From NCBI GenBank assembly GCA_052327205.1, contig CM126206.1, positions 210,242,001 to 210,306,000 of the forward strand: a DNA stretch of 64,000 nucleotides, read 5' to 3'. This stretch comes from Somniosus microcephalus. Taxonomy: Eukaryota. Of this stretch, positions 24,471-37,638 are shown in pieces. Position numbers and translations under genes: made by a program. Under the pieces are notes generated by a model. That model had not been told where the DNA came from, did no database searches, and saw only the letters and a list, made by a program, of their open reading frames with translations. Positions within the stretch are counted from its first letter, which is position 1. The number at the start of each line of letters is the position of its first letter.

Positions 24471-27400
24471 CATCTGCGGGTATTCATTTATACGGGCTTT
24501 GAGCAAGCGAGCAACCAACCTAACATATTTGTTTCAACAATAAACAAGCAGTGGGTGAACTGTGGCCGTCAAATGTAGGTCATTAACACTAACAACGAAT
24601 TATGCATTGTCCAAATTGTGTGAAAGCTCAGAGAAATAATTTTAAAAGTTCGAATTTCGACGACTTGCCAGGAATGATTTACTACATATATATATAATAA
24701 TATGTAAACAATAAAACCGGCAAAAACAATCACCAAGCTTTTGGTGTTGTACTAAAAATCACAAGTGGGAAAGTGTAGAATCAATATAAAGAAAGAGCTA
24801 TGGTAACATATTTTGTAAATTAATTTCCACGGATAATTTAGATTTCAGCCGCTGTAAAATAACTAAAGAAAAGGTAGCCAAACTGATCATGCAAAGATTA
24901 TCACTATCACATTTGTGAAATGCATAGTTTTATTTTAATGATGTTTAAAAATATATATTTGCTCAGTCAGTCTATAGCGTGTCTGTCTATGTATCCATCC
25001 TTCCATCACTCTATCTATCTGCATCTTTTCCTATTTGCTTCTGCCAGTATTATCAATTCAATTCCATACTCATGCACACCATATCTGATAAAATAGTTGT
25101 ACATTTTAGTAGCTAATTTCACAAAACTAAAGCAATCACTTAGCTGTTTTTTCCCCTGTAAATGGTATTATGGAATTTAGTTAGAAACAACTCAAGATTT
25201 TAAGAATTGTGTCTATATATTTATAAAGCATGCAGTCTATATTAATTTCAAATAGAAACTGTGGAAAATTGTATGTGAAATTCCATAATCTGTTTTTTTT
25301 GTAGGAAGTAGAAGTGTAAAACTATCATTTAATCTGCCTTTGTACCTTTGCATCAACCAAAAATTGAAGCTATTTAACACAATTTTTCATTTTTTTTAAT
25401 ACAGAGTTACAGATAAATTCAATAGACATGCAAACAGTATTCCGTTTTTATCGCAGGCGTTGTAGAATTGCGCTCTTTGCAATTATTAATTGTGACCAAG
25501 CTAAGCAGGCTCGCTTATGTAACCAATGAATTTTTGTAACATTTATTTCCAATCAATGTTAAATGGGTAATGTCCAGCCCAGCTTGTGTCCTTTCTTAAT
25601 ACAGCCCAAACCGCAATCCAGGTGTTGCCTATTGCAAAATGAAAGCTGATTTGTCAAAATGTTGTGGGATTATAAAATTCTACACTCATCACATGACGCA
25701 TTCGAACCAATCACGGCATCCTCTTATAAAGTCCGACTAAATATTTGTTGGAAAACACTTGAAAAGAACCACCCACATTCTCTCTGATCAAGGCAGGTCT
25801 AATGATCAGCTTATAGTTGTTTACTAGATGCACTGAGTTTAGAAATATCGCAAGATTTCTATTTACACGGAAGAGGAATAAATAGTTAATTGGTATTTTA
25901 TTAGTTATGATTAACCATTGTTGATTGGTGCGATCAAAACAGATCATTAGTATAGATGTAACTGACAATTATCAGTGCTTTCCAAAGAAATCAATCCAGT
26001 GCAAACATTTATTTCGGGCTGTTTTTTGCCGATCTTGGGCTTTAAGTAAAATATACTAAAGGGAAAAGGCTATACGTAGCCATTGAGCAGTGACTGGGAC
26101 ATTTCAGATTATTCGATTCATTTCTTGTTATTCATTTATTGCAAGATAAAGGAGCAAGTAAAGTTAACCATATAGTCAATGTTACCCCGTGATATAAGCA
26201 CAGCAAAGCAGAAAATGCAATCAGTTGAAACAGGAATTCTAGAATATATTCATTTAGCCTTCGGTTCTTCCAATCGTTCTGCGTCAATGGATTCATCTTG
26301 AACTGTGAATCTCCATTTACAGTAAATAAACGTACCTTTTATGAGTACAGTGGCGATCACGAGCGATTAACCTAATTTATTGTAAAAACGATAATGCATT
26401 TTGGATCATTGAATTTGTGTTGCGAAATAACCCCAGTAAGGGTCTCCTGTGCAGTCCTCGCGGAGAAGCTCGCACATGTTACTTTAGAATGCCATAAAAG
26501 ACTTGTAATTTCGATAGAAATACACGAAACAAAACATTATTAATCGAACTTAAAGGAATCCATGCGCTGTATCGGCTATAATTATAACAGCGCATATCAT
26601 TCTATCATATATTAGCGCACATTAGAAACAAAGCAGCATTTGACGAGAACTGAAGGCGTATTGAGGCCTGGAAATGTCTTCAATGCAGTTTTAGATTTCA
26701 TTTCGCTTCTCTTATCGCCACCTTTTTAAAATATACAAACGTTCACATCATTGTATCTATATCCAAATTAAATTAACTTGGAGTGATTGTTCTATTCGCA
26801 GCCCGTGTGTTTATTTATATCTTGATAAAATGGTATATTTGATTTATTTTGTTTCTTTCCTTTCACTCGGCTGTAGACAAACTATCAATTCTAAGGCTAT
26901 ACATAATTCATTATATGAGGTATATATATATACTACAAAACGCGTTTTAATTTTTTGCGTTTATTGCTAAGCAGAACGTCTTATCATACAGTTAAATGTA
27001 TCCAAAAATTAATATTCTTAATAATAAGAACCAAATAAATAAATATTTAACGTCTAGTGTGAATCATTACAAAATAATATTTAATGAATTCAACGAAGAA
27101 CCTCGGGCTGCTTAAAGTGGAGTTTTAATTAAACGTACTATCCCCCAATGAACAGTATGCACAGCTATTTGAAAGGGCTACCTATATTTTTAAACAAAAT
27201 TACATCAAACTGACTTTAAAATTGTTGAATTTACTTTAAAATTTATAACCAAATATTATCAAGCCAATTCGATCCAAAAATTAACTTGTTTTTATAAATG
27301 AAAAATAAAGCGGAGCCTTAGTACTGTAATATGTCTGGTTCTAGTTAACTCAAAGGTGCTTGGTTGTACACGTTGACTCGTTATTTTACTTTAATTTAGA

Positions 27401-27703
27401 ATAGAATATACCCACAGTGCAAAAATAGTGCCTACTAGATAAGACATTTTTGACAACATGGATCCGGAAAAGTATAACCCTTTAGAAATGGGATATGTCG
27501 GAAACACTCGCGGTATCGGAGACCTACTTTAGTCGTTTATGTATCCAATATATTGCACAAATAATAAACTGCATTTTATAAAATGAAAATATATAGTACA
27601 CAAAAAAGGCCATTTATGCAACCTCAAACATTGAATTTACAGACTACCTGCCACAGTATAATCTTTGCGAATATCAATTTTGTGTGCGCATATTAATGGA
27701 TGC

Positions 27704-27773
27704 ATATCAACATGAAATATATCCGTTTATTTGATATATCTATATACTAAACGGATATATTTCATGTTGATAT
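27704..27773. repeat. Perfect 26-bp inverted repeat with 18-nt spacer
   Basis: ATATCAACATGAAATATATCCGTTTA (27704-27729) and its exact reverse complement (27748-27773). Confidence 0.95.
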
Positions 27774-30700
27774 ACACATAATAATTAAATAATTAAATAC
27801 TTTGTTAAGTCTAAAAAGGTTTGTTAAAAATAAAATCTACACTATTTAGTTAAAGCTCAAAGTCTTTCCAGGAATCTGAACAGATCTTAATATAGGAAGT
27901 CACATAAAAACATAGTGCAGGCTGTGTTTTTTAATACACATAAAAAATCTGTACACACACATATTTGGGGCAGGTTATGCTGCAGGATATTTCGGGTGTG
28001 TAATGTTACACTTTTAACTGACTAATGGGTTTTAAGTTTGCAAACTAACTTGAGGAATAATTAAAGAATTATATGTCTAATATATTCTAGTGCATTTTGT
28101 TGGGAAATATATTTCAGATCGCGGAAATCTTTTTTTAATACTGCTATTGATAAAAATTAAATTTGAGTATTTGCAAACGCTCTTAAGTATTTTCTAATTA
28201 ACTGTGCGATGATGTCAGTATAATTCCACTTAACAATATAAAATCACAAATCAAAAAAATAGCTTTAATATACCGTAATACATTTAGCATGATGTATAAT
28301 TCGAGACTTCCTTAAAATTACAAGTCCAACTGTTCCATTTAGGGGATATTCTATGTTGGACATAAAATGATTCATTACGTCTTAATTGTATTATTATTTT
28401 TGCATCTCCAAATGCAAGCCTGAGATTAAAGTAATGACTATATGTCACGAAAAACAAAAAAAACCTTGATTTTTTAATCTTTATTTTCATTCTTTAATAG
28501 AGTAAATGTAATTTCTGTGACGGTTTATGAAATATTGAATCGCTTTGAATTATTTTTTGCGCGTGGTCTTACAGCTCAGTTTCCAGTAGTGTAGTGATGC
28601 TCTTTAATGGTTTGCCGAAATAATACAGTCCGAAATGTTCTTCAGTATAATCAACGTCGAAGATTTGTCCAGCTCCAACTATTATTCTGAGGTGTTATTT
28701 ATGTATCGTATTTGGAATGTGATATGGTTCTCATTTCTTTGTTAATGTGATTTGTTTTCAAATAGTTAATGAATTAGCAGTAAAACTTTAGCTTTGTATC
28801 TCTACATGGACGGATGTAAACAGATAAAATAAAAGTTCCAATGGTAAATTCGTTCACAGTTGTGTGAAAGCATACTCTTGAAAAACTGAAGCAGCATATT
28901 GTGATATGAACTTTGCCCATTGAGCTCAAAGCATTTATTACGTTCTACATTCAGAAAAATATATAACGGCATTCAGAGCCACTGTCATCCAAAGTAATTT
29001 ACATAACTCATTACTAAAGCATCAGAATGAGTGCTCATGCAATTCGTTAATTGTAGCTTTCATTAAAACACAGTTCACTCCGTCTCTTCTCAGATGCACA
29101 CAGTCGCGGTCAGTCTTGTTGACATTTAACACAATTTCAGTATGTCAATGTAATTCCATATGTTCTTTCAGTTGAAAGGGATTCAGTCATTTTTCACATT
29201 CAAAGTTTAGTGAGCACACATTCGACGTGTGTGTGTTCTGAATGTTCATCTAGGAGACAACTGCATCACACCACGGCTTGGGATATGCTAACCTGCCGAA
29301 GATTAGATGCAATTAGAAGACTGCCGCTGCTGTGTTCATATGGGTACGCCAACTTGGCACTGAACAGATATAAGGCTTCAGGAAATGTTCCGAACCCACC
29401 GCACCTGCGCATTCTGAAGTACCGGCTACTTATTGAAAGACTGAGGATTAGAAACTGGAAGAATCCATCCGAAATATGCAGGAAAATAGTTCATATACTC
29501 ATGTCACAGTTTTTGCTACATGTTGAGGTGAGTAGAGCGCCTTTTAATGAAGAGAATCCTGAAATTCCAAGCTGTGTTCCTCTAGCCAAGTTCAAAGTAA
29601 GGAGCTTTCAAGTTCAAACCCGGCCAGTTCAGGTGAAACTCTGCATTCCTTCTAGCTATTTCAATGCTCATGACTGCTTGGCCCAGCTTTTATATTGCAA
29701 TAGAGGAGAGGCGCCAGTTAACACAAATGTTTTCGTGAAGGATAATACTGCCTAAAATTACCACTGAACTATTATTGGGTTTATTTAACATATTTATTTT
29801 TATATTTCATATGAGTCCCGCTTTCAAGCACTAAACCTATAGCTGAAATGTTGCTTTGTCGGCAACGGGCATATCTCCAAATTATTTTTTGTCGTGCATG
29901 CCAAGTTCAAACCATTAGATGAACTACTCACCCTCCTCAAATTGGTATTTCATATAAAAGTGATAATGAATGTTTGGTTCAAAATAAAATCGCACGTGTA
30001 AGACTGAAAAATGCTCAGAGTTGAAACATTGTTCGCGTGTATTTGTAAATAAAACACCAATGTTACGACGATTAAGCCCAAATTATTCAAAAGGGAAGTT
30101 CCAGTATTAATTAATATCTAATTTATTTAGCCATGCAGTGTTAAAAAAGCACCGGCTGAGCGTTTTCTTCATGACTTATTCGGCAGCTTGACATATTTGG
30201 ATTCCAAATTGTGGAATGTATTGAAATAATTGCATAAAGTATCATATTAAAATACGTGAAAGAGTTTTAATAATTTTATTGGGCAACTATACAGACGTTA
30301 AAAAGAATTCGGAATCAAAGTAGTACATATTTACCATAACAAGATTGATACATTGCGAATTGCCAATATTATAGATACACGCATTCCTTTTCATAGTATA
30401 GTGCATGATGACAGAGAAAATAAGAAACCTCCGCGCAAATAAGTAAAAAGTGTAAAATGCTCACTTATAATTTGTAAACCGTGTTGGCGTCAGGTTTCAC
30501 TGCCAATCCTTACTAAATACGCGCGATCCTGCGAGGGTATTACTGTGCTGTCCTGGTTTTGATCGGGCACCAAAAGAATATTAGAAAAATCAAGTTTAAA
30601 ATATTTATTTTGCTTAGTTGTGGGTCACAGAATTCTATGTAGAATGTCTTATTTCACAGTAATTTTAATAAATCTACTGTGGTTCAACAAAATTACAATG

Positions 30701-33700
30701 AAACAAAACGATACAACTTTGGCTTAGTTTTCATCTTCAAGTATAATCTGCTCGGAGGCTATGCCCTATTATTGCTCTACTCGGGCTGTTTTTTTAATCT
30801 TAAAAAAATCATATTATATCAATTCAACTCATCTTTCTAATAAAGTGCTCCTTTCTTGAAGTATTTAAATGAACTTTCTGCAGAATTTCCGAGACGCTAG
30901 GCATAAAAATGGCCGCCCGTCACCGTTGTCTTGTCATTGCCAGTGTCACTGAACAAGGGGGCAAAACAACCACTCACACAAAAACAACATGGATTTTCGT
31001 TAAAAGAGACGTAACCTTCTGAGGCCAATCATTTGCAGTTTAGATTTTGAAATTCATGACATTCATTTTTTGGTAATCAGAGAAAAATAAAGTCATTGTA
31101 GACCCCCTCCACCAAGAAAGGATTTTATTTTTCAGTTTATTTGATTTCACACCATTGACTTAGAATGCTATTGGCTCGAAAATATATGAACGGATATATA
31201 CGGGCGCAGTTTGCCGGGACAATTTCGATGTCAGCTTATTTTTGAACTAATAACTGCGATGAAGTATTACAATAATGTGAAGGAATTCCGTTAAAAGGCG
31301 ACAGTTACTGTCTGACAATAGCTCCAGTTGAAGATGTCATTATATGTAGGGGGCTAAATGAGGAAATATCCACTTCCACTTATCCATGAAGATACTCTTC
31401 TCATTTGCAACGTTTTTCCCGTCTAAAAAAAGGAGACAGATAATGCAGTAATGAGTTAAACCATTCCACGTTAGAAAATTAGCTTGGGGTGTAGTATAGC
31501 AAAGTGCTTTTGCGGTTGCACGCAATTAAGACATATGTTACTTTATTTCCACAGTGATAAGTAAGGTGCAATGTAATTCGTGGGAACAAGTGAATAACTA
31601 ATATGAATACAATATCCTGCAAAACCAGTAAAGGCTGGTTGTTTGCATACCGCATTGAATAGCTTGAGGGTAACAACAAAAGTGTGCTCACCGCAAAAAT
31701 AGCTATTAATTTTTACCCCGTGGATAGTGATACTTTAAAGTTAATGAATCCATGCACGACTAATTATATTTTTATTCACTGCCCCATTACATTACAATTA
31801 ATGACAAGATCAACTTTACAAATGTCGGCAGTGCTCGCCCAAATATTTATCTTTTCTTCAAGAGGAACATTGGAATTAAGCCATTTTCATTATGATTCAT
31901 TTTAATTTCGGATAGTATAACTCTCATCTTGAAAAGTACCTTTTTTTTACTTGTGCAGCATTTTCCAAAGTTGAAGTTCAATGTTAAGCAGGCTGTGCAC
32001 CCTTAAACTGCAAAGTCGTCAAATAGCTCAAGTAAAGACTTTGTCTTACCACAATCTTGCTTCTGTGCTTGTTTTTATGTTCAAACTTCAGCACTAGTGT
32101 TTTTAATCCGATTTTGTTTCTGACAATAACTGCGACGAAGCTGCAAAGTATACATCAGTGTGAAGAAATTCAGCTTCATCCGGGTCCCATCTCTCCCGTT
32201 GAGTTGGACTCCTGCAGGAAAATAGTCTACGCCGCAATAATTCACTGATCCCCTTAAACTTCGGCATTTACATTACATTTCATTCACATCAAATATCAAC
32301 CGAATGTCCGCAGTGTGTGCCTGATATGACAACAACAAGGTGGGTATATTTAATTTTTGGAACCACCTCTTTAGCTTTACGTGACTATATTCTTGGAAAT
32401 GACTACGACTAAAGACTAAAAATGACGACACGAGTTAATTTGATGTAGAATCTGTAATTACAAGTCAACTGTAAAAGGGCGATACTTACTGCAATACAAG
32501 TGTGATAACTGGGAAATGGATTGAAAATGGCGCAGCCTATAAGGTGGATCTTTGCTCGTTTTTCGGCTTTTATTTAATCGAAAACGCAATCGCCAGCTTC
32601 CCTTTTTCGTTTGGAAGATTATTAAACAGCTGCAACTTTGCTTCTGTTATTCTCTTTGAAGTATTACAGGCAAACGGCGTTAAAACACATAGCAACATAC
32701 CTACGTAGAATCCATCCTTCTCGCAGAGAAAGAAAGGGGCAAGGAACTAGATTTTGATCAACACGTAGCAAAGACGCGCAATGTACAGTACTCTTTAAAA
32801 CTCAGCCGGACTTTTATCAGACAAAGGCCGCGTCCTTGTCTCTTTTTGGGGACGCCTGAATGCTCACGTTAACTGGGGATGTCAAGGATTCCATGTAGGT
32901 GGCGTCTTTAGCTCACCCCTGGTCAGCTATAATGCCTATTCGGGCATCTGGCGAAGCTGGTTGTCAAAGCTGCTATTAAAACAGCAAGTCAAACTAAACC
33001 GCTTTCGGTTTTCATAGGCGCCTTGTTTTTAATTATATTATGAGAAACACTGTACATATGTCGGAATTTGCCCATTCTTACAGCGACAGATCGTACCACT
33101 GTCCTATCGGATTTCCTTTATTTTTAAAAATCGTAAAACTTCAAATTCTACATCATACTTAAGTAATTTTGAATACGGAGGTTACTAAATATACCCGATT
33201 GCGAGTCAATCCTATTTAGTTTTAAAACCATTCTATGCTATTTGATTCATATCTTATTTTTAAACTGTCAAATTTGCAGCCACTCGCACATTATGACTCC
33301 CCTGTATCATTCCGTTTCATACAAATCATTTTTTCTAACAAGACTTTAAATAAAAATGTAGAAGTGTTGGGTAAGTGTAATGAGCAACGGTTGAACTGCA
33401 CACATAGACTTTATATTCAATATTATCAAGCTTTATTATAAAATATGGCGTTTATATATAATTATATTAATATTCTCTGTGTTTTCAGTATCCAAAATTA
33501 CTGTTTTATATGCTGGCCTTATTTTATAGCGATTGAATTATCCGATTACGGCAGGCCAGAAAATGAATAAAATCTGTGATGCAAGCATTTGCAGAATTTT
33601 CATATCGTTGTTGAGCATTTATCATAACGAAACAATTAGAAAAACAAGATTAAATTGTCATCTTGTAGCTAGAATGGTTTCTAGTAAAGATATTTTTAGA

Positions 33701-35149
33701 GCATGGAATTTAATTTAAATATAAGGTCTTTCTGGCAAATGTTTATGGCAAAGGTCCTTTTTCCCAGAAAACCTGTTTGTTTTGGCACTGCGCAGTTGTT
33801 TTTGGAACAGCAATAAGCTAATTTGTGACAAATTCGAAGGCAAAGTTTAACTTCAACTCTTTTCTATAGTCCCATTCTTTTCAACAACACCAGGGTTCAT
33901 TGCGTGGCTTTCAAACTCTTAGGCGTGTATTTAAATCAGAGATTGTTACACGGTGATAGTGTACCTAAATAAAGTGTATTTTATTGGACGTTTTTTAATG
34001 AATATATCCCTCGCTAAACTAAATTATTTTTAAAAAATCTCAATTTGCACTAAATCTGAGTCGATTACGTATTCAGTTGTCCTTGTTGACATTTTATAGA
34101 ATTATGAAAAAAATGTGGCCACGGCCAATGTCAAATAGAACAACATTCCCTTTAGCCGCTTTTGTTCACGTCTGTTTGTTTCATCCTAAACTTATTTTCA
34201 ATGACGGCAAGTGTTCTTGAATAACACATGCACAAAAACTCTGTCTGAAATGTGAAACTGTGCTGCACATTGGATTTTTTTTAACGCTAATATTTCTCGA
34301 AATCCACCTAAACGGATACCTGCTTTATCTATTTTGCTGATAGGGCGAGGATTTTGTATGTGGTGGAGTTGAACGTGACCATGCCCGCTTGCCCACAAGC
34401 CAGAAGCAGCATAACAATTCTAAGAAAAATATTCTGTTCACCTCCCACATTTGGCAGATTTGTACGGATTCATTTTTATGGGAGAAATAACCTTATATCG
34501 ATTTGGATACATTCACAAAAACACAGAGAAGCCTACGCCCATGTCGAACTTGTGGACGGTCTAACTTATCTGCCCTACGTCTCTGTGGGGTCTATCGATG
34601 ATTGTGCGCCCTTATGGGTTTTTTAAGGGAAGATAGGAGAGATTATTATACATAAAACACGATTTAGCCATTTAAAGATTGTCCTCTCAGCATTATGTAC
34701 TTCGGTCAGGTTTCTTATAGAGTTTTGATCATTATTTATCCCTAATTTCACAAATTCCGTACAGGCGAAATAGGTATGTTGCACAGTTTTCTCTCATTAA
34801 AATGCTAAGAGAAAGCAAAGGGAATTATTTGACAATAAAAATGCAGAATATTCCCACAATATTCCAGCAGAACAAATATGTAAGAGATAGGTCGAAAATC
34901 GTTCTTTCTAGAAAATAAACAGTTTTTGATATATTTCCACTGCGGAAATCGTTAGCAGTTATTTCCACGTCCACCCTCGTTTCAAGCCAGCTTATTGGAG
35001 CGACGTGAAGTAAATGTGCCAAATGCGTCTCTGGTGTGAAGGTTGAACACCTTCACAGTATTATTCGAGCTTTCCTTTCCCCCTTTAGAAATGTGCAGAG
35101 CTCAGATGTAAGGAGCTTTGCGCTCCTGGTGCGAGGGGGGAATCCAAAG

Positions 35150-35290
35150 TGATGCATGTCAATTTCTCCAGGCATCAGGTCACATGACTGGCTTGTCCCT
35201 GCGATGTATGGAGATACATTTCCACGTCAGCTTACGTTTCCAAATTTTTACTCCGCGGATCAGCTTCAAAGAGGCAGCAGCATCTAAGGA
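35150..35290 (+). promoter_or_regulatory. Hoxa11 promoter / 5' leader element
   Basis: GGTCACATGAC E-box-like site and TTTCCACGTCAGCTTACG..CTTCAAAGAGGCAGC. These are recalled as conserved upstream of vertebrate Hoxa11. Confidence 0.65.
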
Positions 35291-35347
35291 CCATGTTTAG
35301 CTGTGCGAATGCAAGCTATTCTTGCGCTAGGGGACCCCAAGAAAGCG

Positions 35348-35957
35348 ATGATGGATTTTGATGAGCGGGTTTCTTGTGGCTCTAATCTTTATTTGCCTAG
35401 CTGCACCTATTATGTCTCGGGTCCGGATTTCTCCAGCCTGCCTTCCTTTTTACCCCAAACACCGGCTACTCGCCCCATGACATACTCTTACTCGTCTAAT
35501 ATCCCCCAGGTTCAACCTGTGCGAGAAGTTACCTTCAGAGACTATGCCATCGATCCTTCCAATAAGTGGCATCACAGGGGCAATCTGCCCCATTGCTATT
35601 CCGCAGAGGAGCTGATGCACAGAGAATGTCTGCCTGCCAGCACCATGGGCGAGATGTTAATGAAAAATAGCGCCAGCGTTTACCACCCCAGCTCCAACGC
35701 GTCTTCCAGCTTCTACAATCCGGTGGGTAGGAACGGTGTCCTGCCGCAAGGATTTGATCAGTTCTTCGAGACTGCCTACGGTTCCAGTGAGAATCAGCAG
35801 TCGGAGTATTGCGGGGAGAAGAGCCCAGATAAAGTGCCGTCTGCGGCAACTTCAAGTTCGGAGACTTCGAGGGTGTCCGTGGAGAAAGAGACGAGCCCCG
35901 GGAGCAGCAGCCCGGAGTCTTCTTCCGGCAACAATGAGGAAAAAGGCAGCAACTCCA
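35348..35957 (+). CDS. Hoxa11: Homeobox protein Hox-A11, exon 1
   Basis: [39 protein letters not shown]...[12 protein letters not shown]...[20 protein letters not shown]; donor A|GTAGGT at 35958 (phase 1). Confidence 0.97.
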
Positions 35958-37151
35958 GTAGGTAGAATCAGTGCCCACTTATGAGAGAAAGTTTTGCGAT
36001 GTCGCGCGCTGCTGTTAAATTTTTTATGTGCTGTTTTATAAGCATATAAGGGGGTTTATGGATGGCCTGTAGATTTCCCAACAAAACTTTTTTATATAAA
36101 TGACAGGATCACGTGTTCAGCTCTGAAATTGGCCGTGAAATAACTCCAGCCAATCGCTGCATTAAAATACTTCCACTAGCACCTCAAAAAGTGAGATTGG
36201 GGTTAAAAATCTGATCATTTAAATTATTAGGTGTAAATTCATGAAACATTTGCATTTCGCTATTGTGATCTTTGCGTGTATTCACACAGCTCAGCAATTC
36301 TATAAAACACACGTGTTGACACAGAAACTCTATTTATAGCTTGTATTCAATTCCATAAGTAACCGCTTTAAAACATAATATGGTAACATTACATTTTTAA
36401 CAGCTGCATAAATACTGGAATACCTTTAGCATGGAGCTTTCCACCATAAAAAACTTATTTCAGGACCGGGTGGCCGTATTTTATTTAATAATCACATTTT
36501 ATAGCTGGACATCCGATCGGCGCAGTCTTAACGCTGTAATATTACTTCTGAAGGCTGCTCCATGTCGAGTTTTTCAACACTGAATGGCTACATAATAAAG
36601 TCCCCTCCCCACGGAAGCTATTTCGTGTTTCCTAGTATATTTTAAAATGATAACTCAAGTGTCCCATTCCCCAACCCCTTTTCGTTTTAACACTTCAGAT
36701 AAAATAAAACTTTGTACTTCTTGCATTTCATCCATTTTCTGTCTTTAATGCACTAATACTGGAACGATTCTCCTTTCAAAAATATTTCTCTTCTAAAAGT
36801 TGTAGCTAGTCCCTGGTTACGGGAAGCTCGTTTGTAATGTTCATGTATATCGTTGGAAGGAGTACTACAGCTTCAACCTGAGAATTCCACAACCATTAGA
36901 ATCAATGCAGAGCGAGGCAGCCATCTTTTATTCCAAGGACCATTCAAAATATGAAAAAAACGCGTTAATGCTGTAGCGAACAATTCTGTACTTCGGGTAC
37001 TGCTGACAAAGATCGGCGTGTGAAAATCAGGAGCCATGGAGCATTTTCCTGTGAATGTGTTCACAGTAAAGCATATACTAACGCACGGAAAAATGATGGT
37101 TCCTCTCATTTCCAACTCTCAAGGTTTTAACGCCCTGTTTACCTGTTACAG

Positions 37152-37384
37152 GTGGCCAGCGTACACGCAAAAAGAGGTGTCCTTACACCAAGTACCAGAT
37201 CAGGGAGCTGGAGAGAGAATTTTTTTTCAGTGTCTATATCAACAAAGAGAAGAGGCTGCAACTTTCCCGGATGCTCAACTTAACCGACCGGCAAGTTAAA
37301 ATCTGGTTTCAGAACAGGAGGATGAAGGAAAAGAAGTTAAACAGGGACCGCCTTCAATATTACACTACGAATCCATTGCTCTGA
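37152..37384 (+). CDS. Hoxa11: Hox-A11 exon 2 (homeodomain)
   Basis: Acceptor ctgttacag|; [77 protein letters not shown]. Confidence 0.98.
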
Positions 37385-37604
37385 GATTAGACTGAGATTA
37401 CAAAGAAGCAGTTCTCCTTCTTAACTTCTCCTTCCACGAAGAATCCGGCCAGGGCAGAATGCAGAGGTAAAAAAAAACTCAAGTTCGAGTTTGGGAGCAG
37501 ACACTTTAGTACAGCTCTAACGGGCCGGACAACTTTGCAAAACTAATTGGGACGTCTAGTTTCAACTTTAAAAAGTAACTGGAATGAATGCTCATCCTTG
37601 ATTT

Positions 37605-37638
37605 CACACACACACACATACACACATACACACACACT
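37605..37638. repeat. Imperfect (CA)n in the Hoxa11 3' UTR
   Basis: cacacacacacacatacacacatacacacacac. Confidence 0.9.

Noticed and set aside
29210-29755. 181-aa GTG-started ORF as a novel protein gene
   Set aside because: No ATG until late and no recognisable domain in frame. Roughly one stop-free stretch of this length is expected by chance in six frames of 64 kb. Only the frameshifted homeobox-like trace is kept, as a hypothesis.
35535-35978. Antisense and alternate-frame ORFs over Hox exons (also 21684-22055, 21865-22230, 49070-49387)
   Set aside because: Expected by-products of GC-richer coding sequence; no independent evidence.
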